Positions 1 through 10,626 are shown, counted from the first letter of the stretch. The stretch: 64,000 bases of DNA from Flavobacteriaceae bacterium (GCA_049615925.1 JBMZGM010000005.1:5183-69182); one strand, 5' to 3'. A program made the numbers and translations. The notes: generated by a model from the sequence alone, not told the origin.

Positions 1-1565
1 ACATCATTCGCCGTCCAAAATGGTGGGTCATCCTTTTATTCATCCCCATCATCAACCTGATGATATTTCCCGTAATATGGGTGGAAACCTTACGCAGTTT
101 TGGAAAAAACACAGCGAAAGATACTGCCCTGGGCATACTTAGTTTTGGATTATACACCTATACCATAAACTACAACAACTCCACCACTTATATTACCGAT
201 AGAAGCCTTGCCCCTCGCACTTGGTTTGGCGAATGGATTAGTGCTTTATTGTTTGCCATCACTGCAGCAACCATTGTTCATAATTACATTATACAGCCCT
301 ATATTATCCCCACGGGATCACTGGAAAAAACACTCCTCATTGGAGACTTCCTTTTTGTAAGTAAATTCCATTATGGAGCGCGAACGCCCATGACGGCAGT
401 TGCTTTCCCTATGGTACACGACACCCTGCCCATAGTAAAAACAAAATCCTATTTAGACGTTCCCCAACTCCCCTATTTTAGATTACCCGGTTTTAAAAAA
501 GTTGAACGTAATGAAATTGTCGTTTTTAGTTGGCCAGCAGATACTGTACGTCAATTTTTTGTAAAAGAAAAGGGGGTTCGAAAACCCATTGATAAAAAAT
601 CAAATTATGTCAAACGCTGTGTTGGGATTCCAGGTGACACCCTTTCCATCATTAATGGGTTTGTCCACATCAATGGTCAACGCAGTATATTACCCGAACG
701 GGCAAAAACCCAATACGTTCACAAGGTATACAACAGTAAAGGGGTGTCTGGAAGAAAGCTCTATGAAGAAGGATACAAAGATTTTACACGTAAATACAAG
801 ATTGAAGGAATTACGCAGGCGAGTTATGACGCCTTGCTTCCGTATATCCATGGCATTTACTCTAATGAGCGAGATAATTTTGTTGTCATCACTCCAGCAG
901 CAGGAATACCCGTAGACGCCATTATAGGACTTCCCATTAAAATAGGGGAAGTTTTAGACACTAAGAAAGAAATCATTTTAACCATAGAAGAGGCTAAAAC
1001 ACTTGGAAAAACTGCTATTGTGGACAGTATTGTTCGTCAAATAAACCAGTCCAAAACAGCAAATACGAGTTTTTTCCCAAATAGTCTTCCCTATGACTGG
1101 AACGAAGACAACTTTGGCCCCATTGTGCTGCCTAAAGCAGGTACAAGTGTCTCGCTCAATCAACAAAATTTACCGCTCTACAAAAAAATCATACGTGAGT
1201 ACGAGGGCAATCAACTGGATAAAAAAGGAGAGGACATCATCATTAATGGACAAGTCACCTCACAGTACACCTTCAAACAAGATTATTACTGGATGATGGG
1301 AGACAATCGTCATCGATCGGAAGACAGTCGTTACTGGGGCTTTGTTCCAGAAAATCACATTGTGGGTAAACCTGTTTTAATCTGGTTTAGTATTGAAGGT
1401 ATTAATGATGGAATACGCAACTGGCGAATTCGATGGGATCGCGTTATGACAACGGTTAAAGGAGAAGGTAAGCCCATTTCTTTCTTTCCTTATTTTTTGG
1501 GGATAGTAGTGCTTTGGCAACTTGTTGCCTTTATTCGCAAAAGAAAAAAAGAGCCGGCCGCCTAA
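1..1565 (+). CDS. lepB: signal peptidase I (S26 family), 5' end probably outside window
   Basis: ORF 60..1565. S26 boxes are present: TGSLEKTL (catalytic Ser region), VKRCVGIPGD (Lys box) and GDNRHRSEDSRYWGFVP. The same frame stays open back to nt 3 (..KWWVILLFIPIINLM..), so the true start is likely upstream of the window. Confidence 0.9.
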   Translation, partial: IIRRPKWWVILLFIPIINLMIFPVIWVETLRSFGKNTAKDTALGILSFGLYTYTINYNNSTTYITDRSLAPRTWFGEWISALLFAITAATIVHNYIIQPYIIPTGSLEKTLLIGDFLFVSKFHYGARTPMTAVAFPMVHDTLPIVKTKSYLDVPQLPYFRLPGFKKVERNEIVVFSWPADTVRQFFVKEKGVRKPIDKKSNYVKRCVGIPGDTLSIINGFVHINGQRSILPERAKTQYVHKVYNSKGVSGRKLYEEGYKDFTRKYKIEGITQASYDALLPYIHGIYSNERDNFVVITPAAGIPVDAIIGLPIKIGEVLDTKKEIILTIEEAKTLGKTAIVDSIVRQINQSKTANTSFFPNSLPYDWNEDNFGPIVLPKAGTSVSLNQQNLPLYKKIIREYEGNQLDKKGEDIIINGQVTSQYTFKQDYYWMMGDNRHRSEDSRYWGFVPENHIVGKPVLIWFSIEGINDGIRNWRIRWDRVMTTVKGEGKPISFFPYFLGIVVLWQLVAFIRKRKKEPAA

Positions 1566-2164
1566 TGCAGTTTATCCCTTCATATTTCCCCTCGATTCAA
1601 TATGTTCACGCGTTATTAAAGGCTGATGAGGCCGTTTTTACCACTCATGCCCATTATCAAAAACAAACCTATCGCAATCGTTGTAGCATCTATGGTGCAA
1701 ATGGAAAACTCAACCTCACGATTCCTATTCAACACAAAAAATCCCAGGGACATCAAAAAGATGATGCCGTAAAAATCATGTGGGAGGAAGACTGGCAAAA
1801 TCTGCACTGGAAATCCCTTACTTCGGCCTATCGATCTTCTCCTTTTTTTGAGTTTTATGAGGATGAATTAAAAGAACACTTTTTCATTCAACCCGATGGT
1901 TTAATGGACTTTAACCTAGCACAACTAAAGGGGGTTTTAGCAGTATTAGAAATAGACATCACCTTTAAATTTGCAGATGAATACATCCCGTTTAATCGCA
2001 AAGAAGAAGAATTGATCAACGCAAAGAAAACAAGTACATTGTCCCTGCCCAGTTACCAGCAAGTCTTCACAACAAAACACGGCTTTATCCCGCATTTAAG
2101 TATCCTTGATTTGATTTTTAATCTAGGCCCGGAAAGTCTTGATTACCTCGAACAACTTTCCTAA
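1565..2164 (+). CDS. WbqC-like family protein
   Basis: Taken from ATG 1565, which overlaps the lepB stop (TAATG). The N-terminus MQFIPSYFPSIQY..YQKQTYRNRCSIYGANG is typical of the WbqC family. The track's upstream extension to 1514 overlaps lepB. Confidence 0.8.
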   Translation: MQFIPSYFPSIQYVHALLKADEAVFTTHAHYQKQTYRNRCSIYGANGKLNLTIPIQHKKSQGHQKDDAVKIMWEEDWQNLHWKSLTSAYRSSPFFEFYEDELKEHFFIQPDGLMDFNLAQLKGVLAVLEIDITFKFADEYIPFNRKEEELINAKKTSTLSLPSYQQVFTTKHGFIPHLSILDLIFNLGPESLDYLEQLS

Positions 2165-3168
2165 TCCCATCCCAAAGTGGTGAGAATGGGGAAGTGATCA
2201 GAATATTTTTTCGGGATCACTTTAAATGAATTAACGTTAAATTCCTCGTGAGCAAAAATAAAGTCTATCCGTAATGGAAAAGAGGAAAAATAAAAGGTTT
2301 CACCTAAACCCTTTCCCGCTTCAGCAAAAGTATCTTGACGTCCTTTTGCAATTGCTTTATAGGTTTTAGAGAATTGTGTATTGTTTAAATCGGTACAGAC
2401 TATCGCTGGTAAATCATTTGTAGCTTCGACCGATTCAAATTGCTCGATTTGCGAAAGTTGTTTTTTAAATACCTCATCAAATTTAATTTGTAATGCCGCC
2501 GAGTCTGGGTTGGTAAATAAACTATCTTCTTCATTGATACGGAACGATTCAAAATGCAAATTATAAACCCTGAAGCGTTTCCCACTAAAAAACAAATCAA
2601 CATAGGCTCCACTATTTGTGGAGCCTTCAAAATCAATATAGCCCTGATCAAGAATTGGCAGTTTTGAATAAATGGCTAGTGGAGACTTTCCCATGGAGCG
2701 ATTGGGTTGAATATAGCGATACTCATATGCATCTAGTCGTGGAGTATCGGTTTTAGAATACTCTTGAAAACAAATCACATCTGGATTTTCTTCTCGAATT
2801 AACTGTTCAATTTCTGTAGCAACATCAAGACCTTTTATCCATTGATATTTATTAAATAAACGAACGTTATAACTCATTACCCCTATAGTAGAGCCGCTTT
2901 TCCTAATGGTATTATTTGGGAATTGATACAAAAGGTTCCATTCGCCATAACCAATTAAAAAAGCCCCCATAAACAATAAGAAAGGCCATTTAATTTTAAC
3001 CACCCAATAACAAAACAAGAGTAGGTTGATCAAAACAACAACAGGGACAAATAAATTGAGAATAGAAAAATTGAAAAACGATGGAATACTCCCCATCAAC
3101 ATCAATTGAAAGATCAACAACAAAAGGTTGAAAAAGAGCAATAGATTTTCAAAAAAAGATAATTTCAT
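2161..3168 (-). CDS. endonuclease/exonuclease/phosphatase (EEP) family membrane protein
   Basis: 335-aa ORF with N-terminal TM helices followed by EEP hallmarks (MSYNVRLFN.., ..SDHFPI at the C-terminus). Confidence 0.8.
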   Translation of the reverse strand: MKLSFFENLLLFFNLLLLIFQLMLMGSIPSFFNFSILNLFVPVVVLINLLLFCYWVVKIKWPFLLFMGAFLIGYGEWNLLYQFPNNTIRKSGSTIGVMSYNVRLFNKYQWIKGLDVATEIEQLIREENPDVICFQEYSKTDTPRLDAYEYRYIQPNRSMGKSPLAIYSKLPILDQGYIDFEGSTNSGAYVDLFFSGKRFRVYNLHFESFRINEEDSLFTNPDSAALQIKFDEVFKKQLSQIEQFESVEATNDLPAIVCTDLNNTQFSKTYKAIAKGRQDTFAEAGKGLGETFYFSSFPLRIDFIFAHEEFNVNSFKVIPKKYSDHFPILTTLGWD

Positions 3169-3185
3169 GGGAAGTGATTTGAGCT

Positions 3186-4046
3186 TTACTTTTTACCAGC
3201 CTTAAATAGAAATTCCTTTTCTGCTTTTGAGAGACTATCATAGCCCGAAGCACTTATTTTATCAAGGATACGGTCAATTTTTTCTTGATCAGAAGTAGTT
3301 GACGTTGAGGGTCGTTTTCGATAGGTTTTATGTACCGTTTTCATCTTTGGCGAAGTGTTCCCTAGGGATGAAAACCAATTCCAAAGACGCTCAAAACCAA
3401 CACCAATATCATTCCCCTTTTGCAATTGTTGCGCATAAAAATAACCCAAGGCCGCCCCTCCTATATGGGCGAGATGACCCCCTGCATTCCCCGTGGGAAT
3501 CTGTAGGACATCCATCACCACAAGCGCGATTCCGATATACATCAACTTTACATTAAAAAACAAAAGGCGAACCTCTTGATAAGGGGTATAGGTACAACTA
3601 AAAATCAACACTGCCATTACACCAGCAGAAGCACCAACCATCGAAGGATTTTGATCACTAAATACCGGAAAGACAGCATAACTCAACAAAAAGACAATTC
3701 CGCCAGTCAAGATTCCCATGAAATATACATTGATAAATCGCTGTGAAGAAAAGAGGTTTAAAAAAAACTGCGAAGCATAATACAACAATAACATGTTCCA
3801 AAAAATATGCCGCAAGCCATCGTGCAAAAACCCATAGGTCAATAATGTCCAGGGGCGATAAATAAACTCGCTAAAGGAAGAAGGTAACTCAAAGAAATCA
3901 AAAAAAGTTTGTTGGGGTAATTCCAACAAATAAAAGAGGGTGCGCAAGAAAAAAGGAACCACAAAGCAAACAACATTGATCAAAATCAATTTCTCTGCAA
4001 TGTTAAATTGACTAAAACGTTGACGGAAGCTTGTAAAACGACTCAT
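3186..4046 (-). CDS. rhomboid family intramembrane serine protease with C-terminal soluble tail
   Basis: Polytopic ORF with GASAGV (catalytic Ser) and HLAHIGGAALG (catalytic His) motifs. It has a C-terminal tail of about 60 aa (..IDRILDKISASGYDSLSKAEKEFL..). Confidence 0.85.
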   Translation of the reverse strand: MSRFTSFRQRFSQFNIAEKLILINVVCFVVPFFLRTLFYLLELPQQTFFDFFELPSSFSEFIYRPWTLLTYGFLHDGLRHIFWNMLLLYYASQFFLNLFSSQRFINVYFMGILTGGIVFLLSYAVFPVFSDQNPSMVGASAGVMAVLIFSCTYTPYQEVRLLFFNVKLMYIGIALVVMDVLQIPTGNAGGHLAHIGGAALGYFYAQQLQKGNDIGVGFERLWNWFSSLGNTSPKMKTVHKTYRKRPSTSTTSDQEKIDRILDKISASGYDSLSKAEKEFLFKAGKK

Positions 4047-4047
4047 A

Positions 4048-4785
4048 CTAATCCCAGCGATTTTGATTAAACTGATTTTTTTTCCAATAATACATCATTA
4101 GAAATCCAGTTAATGCGCCACCCACATGAGCAAAATGCGCTATGGGTCCTATCGAATAGGAGGAAAATCCAAAAAATAAATCTCCTAAAATCAATAATGG
4201 GACAAAATACTTGGCCTTGATAGGAACTGGAATAAACATCAAGAACAAAGAAACATTTGGAAACATAAAGGCAAAAGCAACCAAAATCCCATAAAGCGCT
4301 CCAGAAGCTCCTACCATAGAAACCGTATAAGCGTCATAAGCGGCCTGGAGATTTTCCATGGTCACAACCTCTAGCCAACTCCTTTTAAAATCTCCTATGG
4401 CAATGACATTGATCACTTCTTGAGTACTGTAACCAGCAGCATTTAACACCTGGGTGACATCATGAAATTGATAGGCATATGCGGCCATTTGAACAACCAT
4501 TGCTCCTATACCAGCCGAGAGAAAGTAGAATAAAAACTTTTGTTTTCCCCACAATTGCTCTAAAGGTGAACCAAACATCCACAAACCAAACATATTAAAA
4601 AAGAGATGTGGAAATCCACCATGCATGAACATATGGGTTATGGGTTGCCACAGCTGAAAAGAAGGATTGAGATAAAAATGAAGGGCCATCTGCTCAGTAA
4701 AAAAATTTCCCAATAGTCCCGAAGCAAAAAAGAATATCCCGTTAATGATTAACAAGTGCTTTACCGTTTCTGTAATCCCCCGCAT
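4048..4785 (-). CDS. rhomboid family intramembrane serine protease
   Basis: Polytopic ORF with GASGALYG and HVGGALTG motifs. It lies 1 nt from the neighbouring rhomboid gene, and its start codon shares 1 nt (4785) with the mutL stop. Confidence 0.85.
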   Translation of the reverse strand: MRGITETVKHLLIINGIFFFASGLLGNFFTEQMALHFYLNPSFQLWQPITHMFMHGGFPHLFFNMFGLWMFGSPLEQLWGKQKFLFYFLSAGIGAMVVQMAAYAYQFHDVTQVLNAAGYSTQEVINVIAIGDFKRSWLEVVTMENLQAAYDAYTVSMVGASGALYGILVAFAFMFPNVSLFLMFIPVPIKAKYFVPLLILGDLFFGFSSYSIGPIAHFAHVGGALTGFLMMYYWKKNQFNQNRWD

Positions 4786-6581
4786 TAGCTAAATTTTTTT
4801 TCTAATTCTTCTTTCGTCAAAGAAACAAAAATCTGTCGATTAAATGGCGAGAGCTGGGGCTCTTTACAAGCAAATAAATCATTGACTAATTGTTGTTGCT
4901 CTTCAATCTTCAAAACCGTTCCTCGCTTGGTAGAGAGTGTCTTTGCCATGGATTTTGCCAGGGCATCGGTTTGTGTAAAAGTATCTTGTGGAGCATCATT
5001 TTCAAGGGCTAAAAATAAGTCCTCAAAAACCTTAACTGCTCTATTCTCGCTGCACACACTGGGAATGCCAAGAATTTCTAGGGCATTGTCTTGCAACTTC
5101 CCCAAATGAAAGCCCACTGCTTCGAGCAAGCTTTTGTAAGCATCAAATAGACCAATTTGAAGAGCAGATAAAGAAATTTCTAATGGAAAAAGTAATTGCT
5201 GGCTTCCAGCATTCGCATGGGTTACATTGGCTAAAAAAAGCTCGTATAAAATCCGCTCGTGTGCTCGTTGTTGATCGATTAATAGCAAGGCCGCTCCAGT
5301 AGAACTCACGACATAGCGATTCATTAATTGAAAAATCTTCTGTTCCCCTAGCGGTTGTTTGGTTTCCTCGGTTGAGAGTAAACTCAGCGCTGTGCTCTCT
5401 GTACTCCCAATTTCCTGATAGAGGGATTCCCATTGTGGGCTTGCTTTTGATGTAAAAGATTGTGCCCCTTGATCTTTAAATGGATTAAAGCTGCGATCTA
5501 CTTCAATCTTAGGGGCAACCGCAGACTTTTCTACCTGTTGATAAGGAACGTCTAAATTTGGGTCGCGATCAAAATCTAGCGTAGGGGTCACTTGAAACAT
5601 CCCCAAACTGTGTTTCACCGCCGAACGAAGTATGGCAAATAAACTTTGTTCATTTTCAAATTTTACTTCTGTTTTTGTGGGGTGAATATTAATATCAATA
5701 GACGCGGGATCTAAATCAAAAAAAAGGAAGTAGCCAGGATAAGACCCTTCACTTAATAAACCCTCATAGGCGGTATTAATGGCATGGTGTAAAAAACTAC
5801 TTTTGACAAACCTCCTGTTTACAAAAAAGAACTGCATCCCTCTACTGCGTTTTGCCGCCTCGGGTTTTAAGATAAATCCATTGATTTTTGCAACAGAGGT
5901 ATCTTCATTAACTGGGACCAATTTATCATCTAATTTCCCGCCAAAAACATGGACTAATCGTTGTTTTAAATTCCCTGCAGGAAGATCAAAAAGCTCAGAA
6001 CCACCATGAACCATAGAAAAGCTTAAATCAGGGTGGGCAATGGCGACTCGATGGAATTCGTCAATGATGTGTCGTAGTTCAACAGTAGTAGATTTTAAGA
6101 AATTTCGTCGAGCAGGAACATTAAAGAATAAGTTACTCACCGTCATTGAAGTTCCCACGGGTGCAACTAAGAGTTCTTGTTCTTTGAACTCCCCTCCCGC
6201 TATTCTTAATTTAATACCCAGTTCATCAACTTCCCGCTTTGTGTGCATTTCAACCTGTGCTACTGCTGCAATAGAGGCGAGGGCTTCACCTCGAAAACCC
6301 TTTGTGTGCAAGGCAAAAAGGTCATTGGATTGCTTAATCTTAGAGGTGGCATGGCGCTCATACGCCAAACGAGCATCGGTCGCACTCATTCCAATACCAT
6401 TATCCACTACCTGTATCAATTGTTTACCTGCCTCTTTTACAATTAACTGAATGCGATCGGCTTTTGCATCAATTGCGTTTTCGAGTAATTCTTTCACCAC
6501 CGACGCCGGGCGTTGAACTACTTCACCAGCCGCAATTTGATTTGCGACATGATCGGGGAGTAAGGCAATAATGTCTTCCAT
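4785..6581 (-). CDS. mutL: DNA mismatch repair endonuclease MutL
   Basis: 598-aa ORF. The N-terminus LPDHVANQIAAGEVVQRPASVVKELLENAIDA is the GHKL ATPase signature of MutL. Confidence 0.95.
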   Translation of the reverse strand: MEDIIALLPDHVANQIAAGEVVQRPASVVKELLENAIDAKADRIQLIVKEAGKQLIQVVDNGIGMSATDARLAYERHATSKIKQSNDLFALHTKGFRGEALASIAAVAQVEMHTKREVDELGIKLRIAGGEFKEQELLVAPVGTSMTVSNLFFNVPARRNFLKSTTVELRHIIDEFHRVAIAHPDLSFSMVHGGSELFDLPAGNLKQRLVHVFGGKLDDKLVPVNEDTSVAKINGFILKPEAAKRSRGMQFFFVNRRFVKSSFLHHAINTAYEGLLSEGSYPGYFLFFDLDPASIDINIHPTKTEVKFENEQSLFAILRSAVKHSLGMFQVTPTLDFDRDPNLDVPYQQVEKSAVAPKIEVDRSFNPFKDQGAQSFTSKASPQWESLYQEIGSTESTALSLLSTEETKQPLGEQKIFQLMNRYVVSSTGAALLLIDQQRAHERILYELFLANVTHANAGSQQLLFPLEISLSALQIGLFDAYKSLLEAVGFHLGKLQDNALEILGIPSVCSENRAVKVFEDLFLALENDAPQDTFTQTDALAKSMAKTLSTKRGTVLKIEEQQQLVNDLFACKEPQLSPFNRQIFVSLTKEELEKKFS

Positions 6582-6584
6582 GGA

Positions 6585-6875
6585 CTATAATCGAAATATA
6601 GAAAGGTCAAAGTCAATGACGTACAAAAACATGAGAACCAGTACAGCAATGATAATGAGAAGTGTGGGAGAAAAAGAACGATTGTTACGATTGCGACTAG
6701 CAGCACGTGCTTCTTGCCACTTTTTACCAAAGTCGTTAGCATTGTAGGTATCCCGGTATTTGGAAAAAGTGGAATCAAAATCATAAGGGTTTTGAATTTC
6801 CTTCCCTTGATAATACCGTGGGGTATAGTTATACCTTCGGTTCCGATTCAATTTAAAGAGATTCGATTTAAACAT
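6585..6875 (-). CDS. hypothetical small C-terminally anchored membrane protein
   Basis: 96-aa ORF filling the mutL-ribH gap. It has a basic, Asn/Arg-rich N-terminal part and a single C-terminal TM segment (LLIIIAVLVLMFLYVI). I recognise no family. Confidence 0.5.
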   Translation of the reverse strand: MFKSNLFKLNRNRRYNYTPRYYQGKEIQNPYDFDSTFSKYRDTYNANDFGKKWQEARAASRNRNNRSFSPTLLIIIAVLVLMFLYVIDFDLSIFRL

Positions 6876-6940
6876 GCTGATTCTTTTCTCTAAAGTACAT
6901 TTTTTCTCAAAAAGAGAATTTAAAAAAGAGGGAAACTACC

Positions 6941-7423
6941 TTATTGTTGAGAGAGCGCTATCATTTTTAGGGATGTCACTGCAGCTTCCACCCCCTTATT
7001 CCCGTGCTGTCCTCCACTGCGATCAATAGCTTGTTGCAAGGTATTATCGGTCAAGACACAAAAAATGACGGGGCGGTTTGAACTAAGATTGAGTGAGACA
7101 ATCCCCTGGGTTACCCCCTGGCAAACAAAATCAAAATGTTTGGTCTCCCCTTGAATTACACTACCGATAACAATGACTGCATCAACCTCTTTTTCTAAGG
7201 CTTTTTTTGCGCCAAAAACCAATTCAAAACTCCCAGGAACATTGGAGCGAAGAATGTTTTCTTCTTTTACCCCACATTCGATTAAGGCCTCTTTAGCTCC
7301 TAAAAATAAATTCTCGGTAATCTGTTGATTCCACTCGGCGACAACAACTGCAATAGCATAGTTTTCTCCAGAGGGAACCTCTTCTTTGTCAAAGGCAGAT
7401 AAATTACTAAGGGCAGTTGCCAT
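6941..7423 (-). CDS. ribH: 6,7-dimethyl-8-ribityllumazine synthase
   Basis: 160-aa ORF with lumazine synthase features (..VVVAEWNQQITENL.., VPGSFELV, GVEAA). Confidence 0.95.
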   Translation of the reverse strand: MATALSNLSAFDKEEVPSGENYAIAVVVAEWNQQITENLFLGAKEALIECGVKEENILRSNVPGSFELVFGAKKALEKEVDAVIVIGSVIQGETKHFDFVCQGVTQGIVSLNLSSNRPVIFCVLTDNTLQQAIDRSGGQHGNKGVEAAVTSLKMIALSQQ

Positions 7424-7426
7424 AAA

Positions 7427-8188
7427 TTATTGGTTTTCTAAACGCCCAATCTGTATTTCGATTTGAGCAGCCTCTGGAGCAGTAGAAAAGTCGTTTTGAA
7501 TGCGCTTAAAAAAGTTAAGTGCCTCACTATTTTTACCTAAACTCGCGCCTACTAATCCTGCTTTGAAAAGATATTTTGGCGTAGTAAAATCATTTTCGCT
7601 AGCATTTGCAGCTGCTTTGTAGTACTGAAGCGCCTTCTCGCTATTTCCTAGTTGAGCGTGAGCATCGCCTAGGGCACCTTTTGCCAAAGCAGAAAGCAAA
7701 ACATCATCTGAACTAAAATCTTCAAGATAGCTAATCGCTTTCTCATAATCTTTTGTGTTCAAATAAGCCATTCCTATACTGTACTGTGCTAGTCCAGCTG
7801 CAGGGGTTCCACTGTAATTTTCTATGATATCTAAAAAACCATATTTCCCATCACCACCATTAATGGCTCTTTGATAAAGCGCATCACTCTCTTCACCATT
7901 AACGGCAAGATTAAAGTAATACTGTGCTTGGTTCAATTCTGATACTGCATCGGCTTTCTTTGGCGTAAGCACATAAGCATCATAGGCTAGATAGCCCAAT
8001 ACAACAACTGTAATCGCTCCAATAAGAGAAAGGATAATGTTTTGATTATTGGCAACAAATTCTTCTGTTTTAGAAGCACTAGAATCTAGCGACTCAAAAA
8101 CCTCTGCTGTTGTGCTTTCTACTACTTGTTCTTCGACTTGTGGCTTTGCAATTGATTTTTTTGCGCCGCGTTTTTTATATGTTGCCAT
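7427..8188 (-). CDS. tetratricopeptide repeat protein (YfgM-like, N-terminal membrane anchor)
   Basis: 253-aa ORF with one TM segment (IILSLIGAITVVVLGYLAY) followed by TPR-like helical repeats. Confidence 0.7.
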   Translation of the reverse strand: MATYKKRGAKKSIAKPQVEEQVVESTTAEVFESLDSSASKTEEFVANNQNIILSLIGAITVVVLGYLAYDAYVLTPKKADAVSELNQAQYYFNLAVNGEESDALYQRAINGGDGKYGFLDIIENYSGTPAAGLAQYSIGMAYLNTKDYEKAISYLEDFSSDDVLLSALAKGALGDAHAQLGNSEKALQYYKAAANASENDFTTPKYLFKAGLVGASLGKNSEALNFFKRIQNDFSTAPEAAQIEIQIGRLENQ

Positions 8189-8270
8189 GGTTTCTTTGTA
8201 TTTAAGAGCCCAAAAATAAACTTTTTATTCCAATCGTAAAAGCGCCATAGGGTTTCTTATCTTAGCAGCG

Positions 8271-9353
8271 ATGAAATTAAGAACGCTCACACTAACCAAC
8301 TATAAAAATATTAGCGCGGCATCCTATGAGTTTGATGCTCGAATCAATTGTTTTATTGGAAAAAATGGGGTGGGAAAATCAAACGTTCTCGATGCTATTT
8401 ATCACCTTTGTTTTGGAAAAGGTTACTTTAACCCATCTGCCGTTCAAAACATCCAGTTTGAGAAAGACTTCTTCTTGCTCGAAGGGCTGTTCGAAAAAGA
8501 TGAAAAAGACGAAAAAATTCTTTGTAGTCTTAAGAAAGGAAGTAAAAAAACCATCAAACGAAATGGTAAATTATACGACCGGCTTGCCGATCATATCGGC
8601 TTACTCCCGCTAGTAATCATCTCTCCAGCCGATCGTGATTTGATTATCGAAGGCAGTAGCACCCGAAGAAAATTTATCGATGGTATCATGGGGCAAACCG
8701 ATAAAATTTACCTCAACACCCTGCTGAAGTACAACAAAGTACTTGCACAACGCAATGCCTTACTCAAATATTTTGTGGCAAATCAAAGTTTTGACCCCAC
8801 TACGCTATCCATTTATGATGAGCAACTACTTGCTTTAGGGACAACACTTTATCAAAAAAGAAAAGAATTTCTTGCCATTTTTATCCCTAAGGTAAAAGAA
8901 CACTACAAAAGCATTAGCAAGAGCATGGAGGTAGTAGATATTGACTATTCCAGTGATTTACATTCTTGTGATTTTGAAATAGTTTTAAAAAACAATCTCG
9001 CGAAAGACCGCAGTGCTCAATTTACTACCGCTGGACCACATAAAGAAGATTTGGATTTTCTAATTCATGGACAGCCCATAAAAAAGTTTGGAAGTCAAGG
9101 CCAGCAAAAATCTTTTCTAATCGCATTAAAATTAGCGCAATTTGATTTTATCAAAGAACAGGCAAAGGTCCCCCCTATTGTTTTGCTAGACGATGTCTTT
9201 GATAAATTAGATCAAGATCGGGTTGCCTTAATCATGCAGTTGGTCGAGCAGGATCATTTCGGGCAAATTTTCCTATCGGACACACACCAAGATCGAACTC
9301 TAGCTGCCCTAAAAACAACACAATTGTCCTATTCACTCTTTGAGCTGTCATAG
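8271..9353 (+). CDS. recF: DNA replication/repair protein RecF
   Basis: 360-aa ORF with a Walker A motif (GKNGVGKSNVLDAI) and an SMC-like signature near the C-terminus (GSQGQQKSF, LLDDVFDKLD). Confidence 0.95.
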   Translation: MKLRTLTLTNYKNISAASYEFDARINCFIGKNGVGKSNVLDAIYHLCFGKGYFNPSAVQNIQFEKDFFLLEGLFEKDEKDEKILCSLKKGSKKTIKRNGKLYDRLADHIGLLPLVIISPADRDLIIEGSSTRRKFIDGIMGQTDKIYLNTLLKYNKVLAQRNALLKYFVANQSFDPTTLSIYDEQLLALGTTLYQKRKEFLAIFIPKVKEHYKSISKSMEVVDIDYSSDLHSCDFEIVLKNNLAKDRSAQFTTAGPHKEDLDFLIHGQPIKKFGSQGQQKSFLIALKLAQFDFIKEQAKVPPIVLLDDVFDKLDQDRVALIMQLVEQDHFGQIFLSDTHQDRTLAALKTTQLSYSLFELS

Positions 9354-9371
9354 TTTTTATACCTTAGTCCT

Positions 9372-9791
9372 ATGCGTAAAATTGTCTTTCTTTCTCTCCT
9401 CATCACGAGCTTATTGATCGCTTCATGTTCAAGTGTATCAAAAGAAGACTTGACCCATTTAAAAGGCTATTGGGAAATTAATTCGGTGAAATCCCGTGGG
9501 GAAGTATTTTCCCCAAAAGGAGCTGCACCAGCGGTAGATCACTATACATTCATCAATGATAGTATGGGATATAAAAAGAAAATGGTTCCCAGTTTTGGGG
9601 ATAACTACACTAGCTCAGAAGACAAGGTTCCCTTTAAAATTATTACTAAAAGAGGAGATTTTTTTCTTGAGTTTAACGCTCCCCTAGAGGTGTGGGAAGA
9701 AAAAATTGAATCCCTTTCGCCGGATGAACTCGTTCTTTTCCACAAGGACAACTCCTATCATTACCACCGTCACCAAAAAATAAACTACTAA
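9372..9791 (+). CDS. hypothetical lipoprotein
   Basis: 139-aa ORF with a signal peptide and lipobox (LLIASC). I recognise no family. Confidence 0.55.
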   Translation: MRKIVFLSLLITSLLIASCSSVSKEDLTHLKGYWEINSVKSRGEVFSPKGAAPAVDHYTFINDSMGYKKKMVPSFGDNYTSSEDKVPFKIITKRGDFFLEFNAPLEVWEEKIESLSPDELVLFHKDNSYHYHRHQKINY

Positions 9792-10093
9792 TGTCCCAAA
9801 AAAAACGCAGCTTTGAGCCGCAACCCATCACGACTGTTTTACAGCAAATTACCGAGCAAAAAAACCTTGCTAAAGGGCTAAATCTAGTCAAAATAAAACA
9901 GGCTTGGGAAGCAACTGTGGGCGCTCATGTTAATCAATATACGGCCGAGATCACACTGCGTGGAAAAACACTTTACATCCAATTGACCTCTGCCCCATTA
10001 CGGGAAGAACTCTCTTATGGAAAAGAAAAAATCCTAAAACACCTCAACGATGCTTTAGGATCTCAAGAAATTCAAAAAATTATTTTACGCTAG
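9791..10093 (+). CDS. DUF721 (DciA-like) domain protein
   Basis: 100-aa ORF whose start overlaps the upstream stop (TAATG). The size, the position downstream of recF, and the ..W..VG..I...T....LR.GTLYI motif are typical of DUF721. Confidence 0.7.
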   Translation: MSQKKRSFEPQPITTVLQQITEQKNLAKGLNLVKIKQAWEATVGAHVNQYTAEITLRGKTLYIQLTSAPLREELSYGKEKILKHLNDALGSQEIQKIILR

Positions 10094-10509
10094 AAAATTT
10101 CTCTACCAGAAAAGTGAAACGCTCCTTCGATAGCAGCATTTTCATCACTATCTGAACCGTGTACCGCATTCTCTCCCATTGATGTAGCATAGAGTTTGCG
10201 AATGGTACCCTCGGCAGCATCAGCAGGATTTGTCGCCCCAATCAAGGTTCTAAAATCGGTTACAGCATTTTCTTTCTCTAAAATCGCAGCGATAATAGGT
10301 CCACGCGTCATAAAAGTGACTAATTCTCCAAAAAATAGACGTTCACTGTGAACGCTATAAAAAGCCTCTGCATCGGCTTTAGAAAGCTGTGTTTTTTTCA
10401 AGGCAACAATGCGAAATCCAGCCGCAGTAATTTTCTCTAGGATGGCACCAGTATGTCCATTCTCAACTGCATCTGGTTTAATCATCGTAAAAGTTCTATT
10501 CGTTGTCAT
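10090..10509 (-). CDS. ndk: nucleoside-diphosphate kinase
   Basis: NDK signature [11 protein letters not shown]..., NAVHGSD. I take ATG 10509 (MTTNRTF..) as the start rather than the track's 10578. Confidence 0.93.
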   Translation of the reverse strand: MTTNRTFTMIKPDAVENGHTGAILEKITAAGFRIVALKKTQLSKADAEAFYSVHSERLFFGELVTFMTRGPIIAAILEKENAVTDFRTLIGATNPADAAEGTIRKLYATSMGENAVHGSDSDENAAIEGAFHFSGREIF

Positions 10510-10626
10510 AGTTGTTTTTTTGTGCCGCAAATGTAACAAAATATCTCTGCTTGTTATGCTTCTCACATAATTAATCAATTGCTTTTGTTTTCATTCCTCT
10601 AGTAGGATTGGTATATTTGGGCTGTT

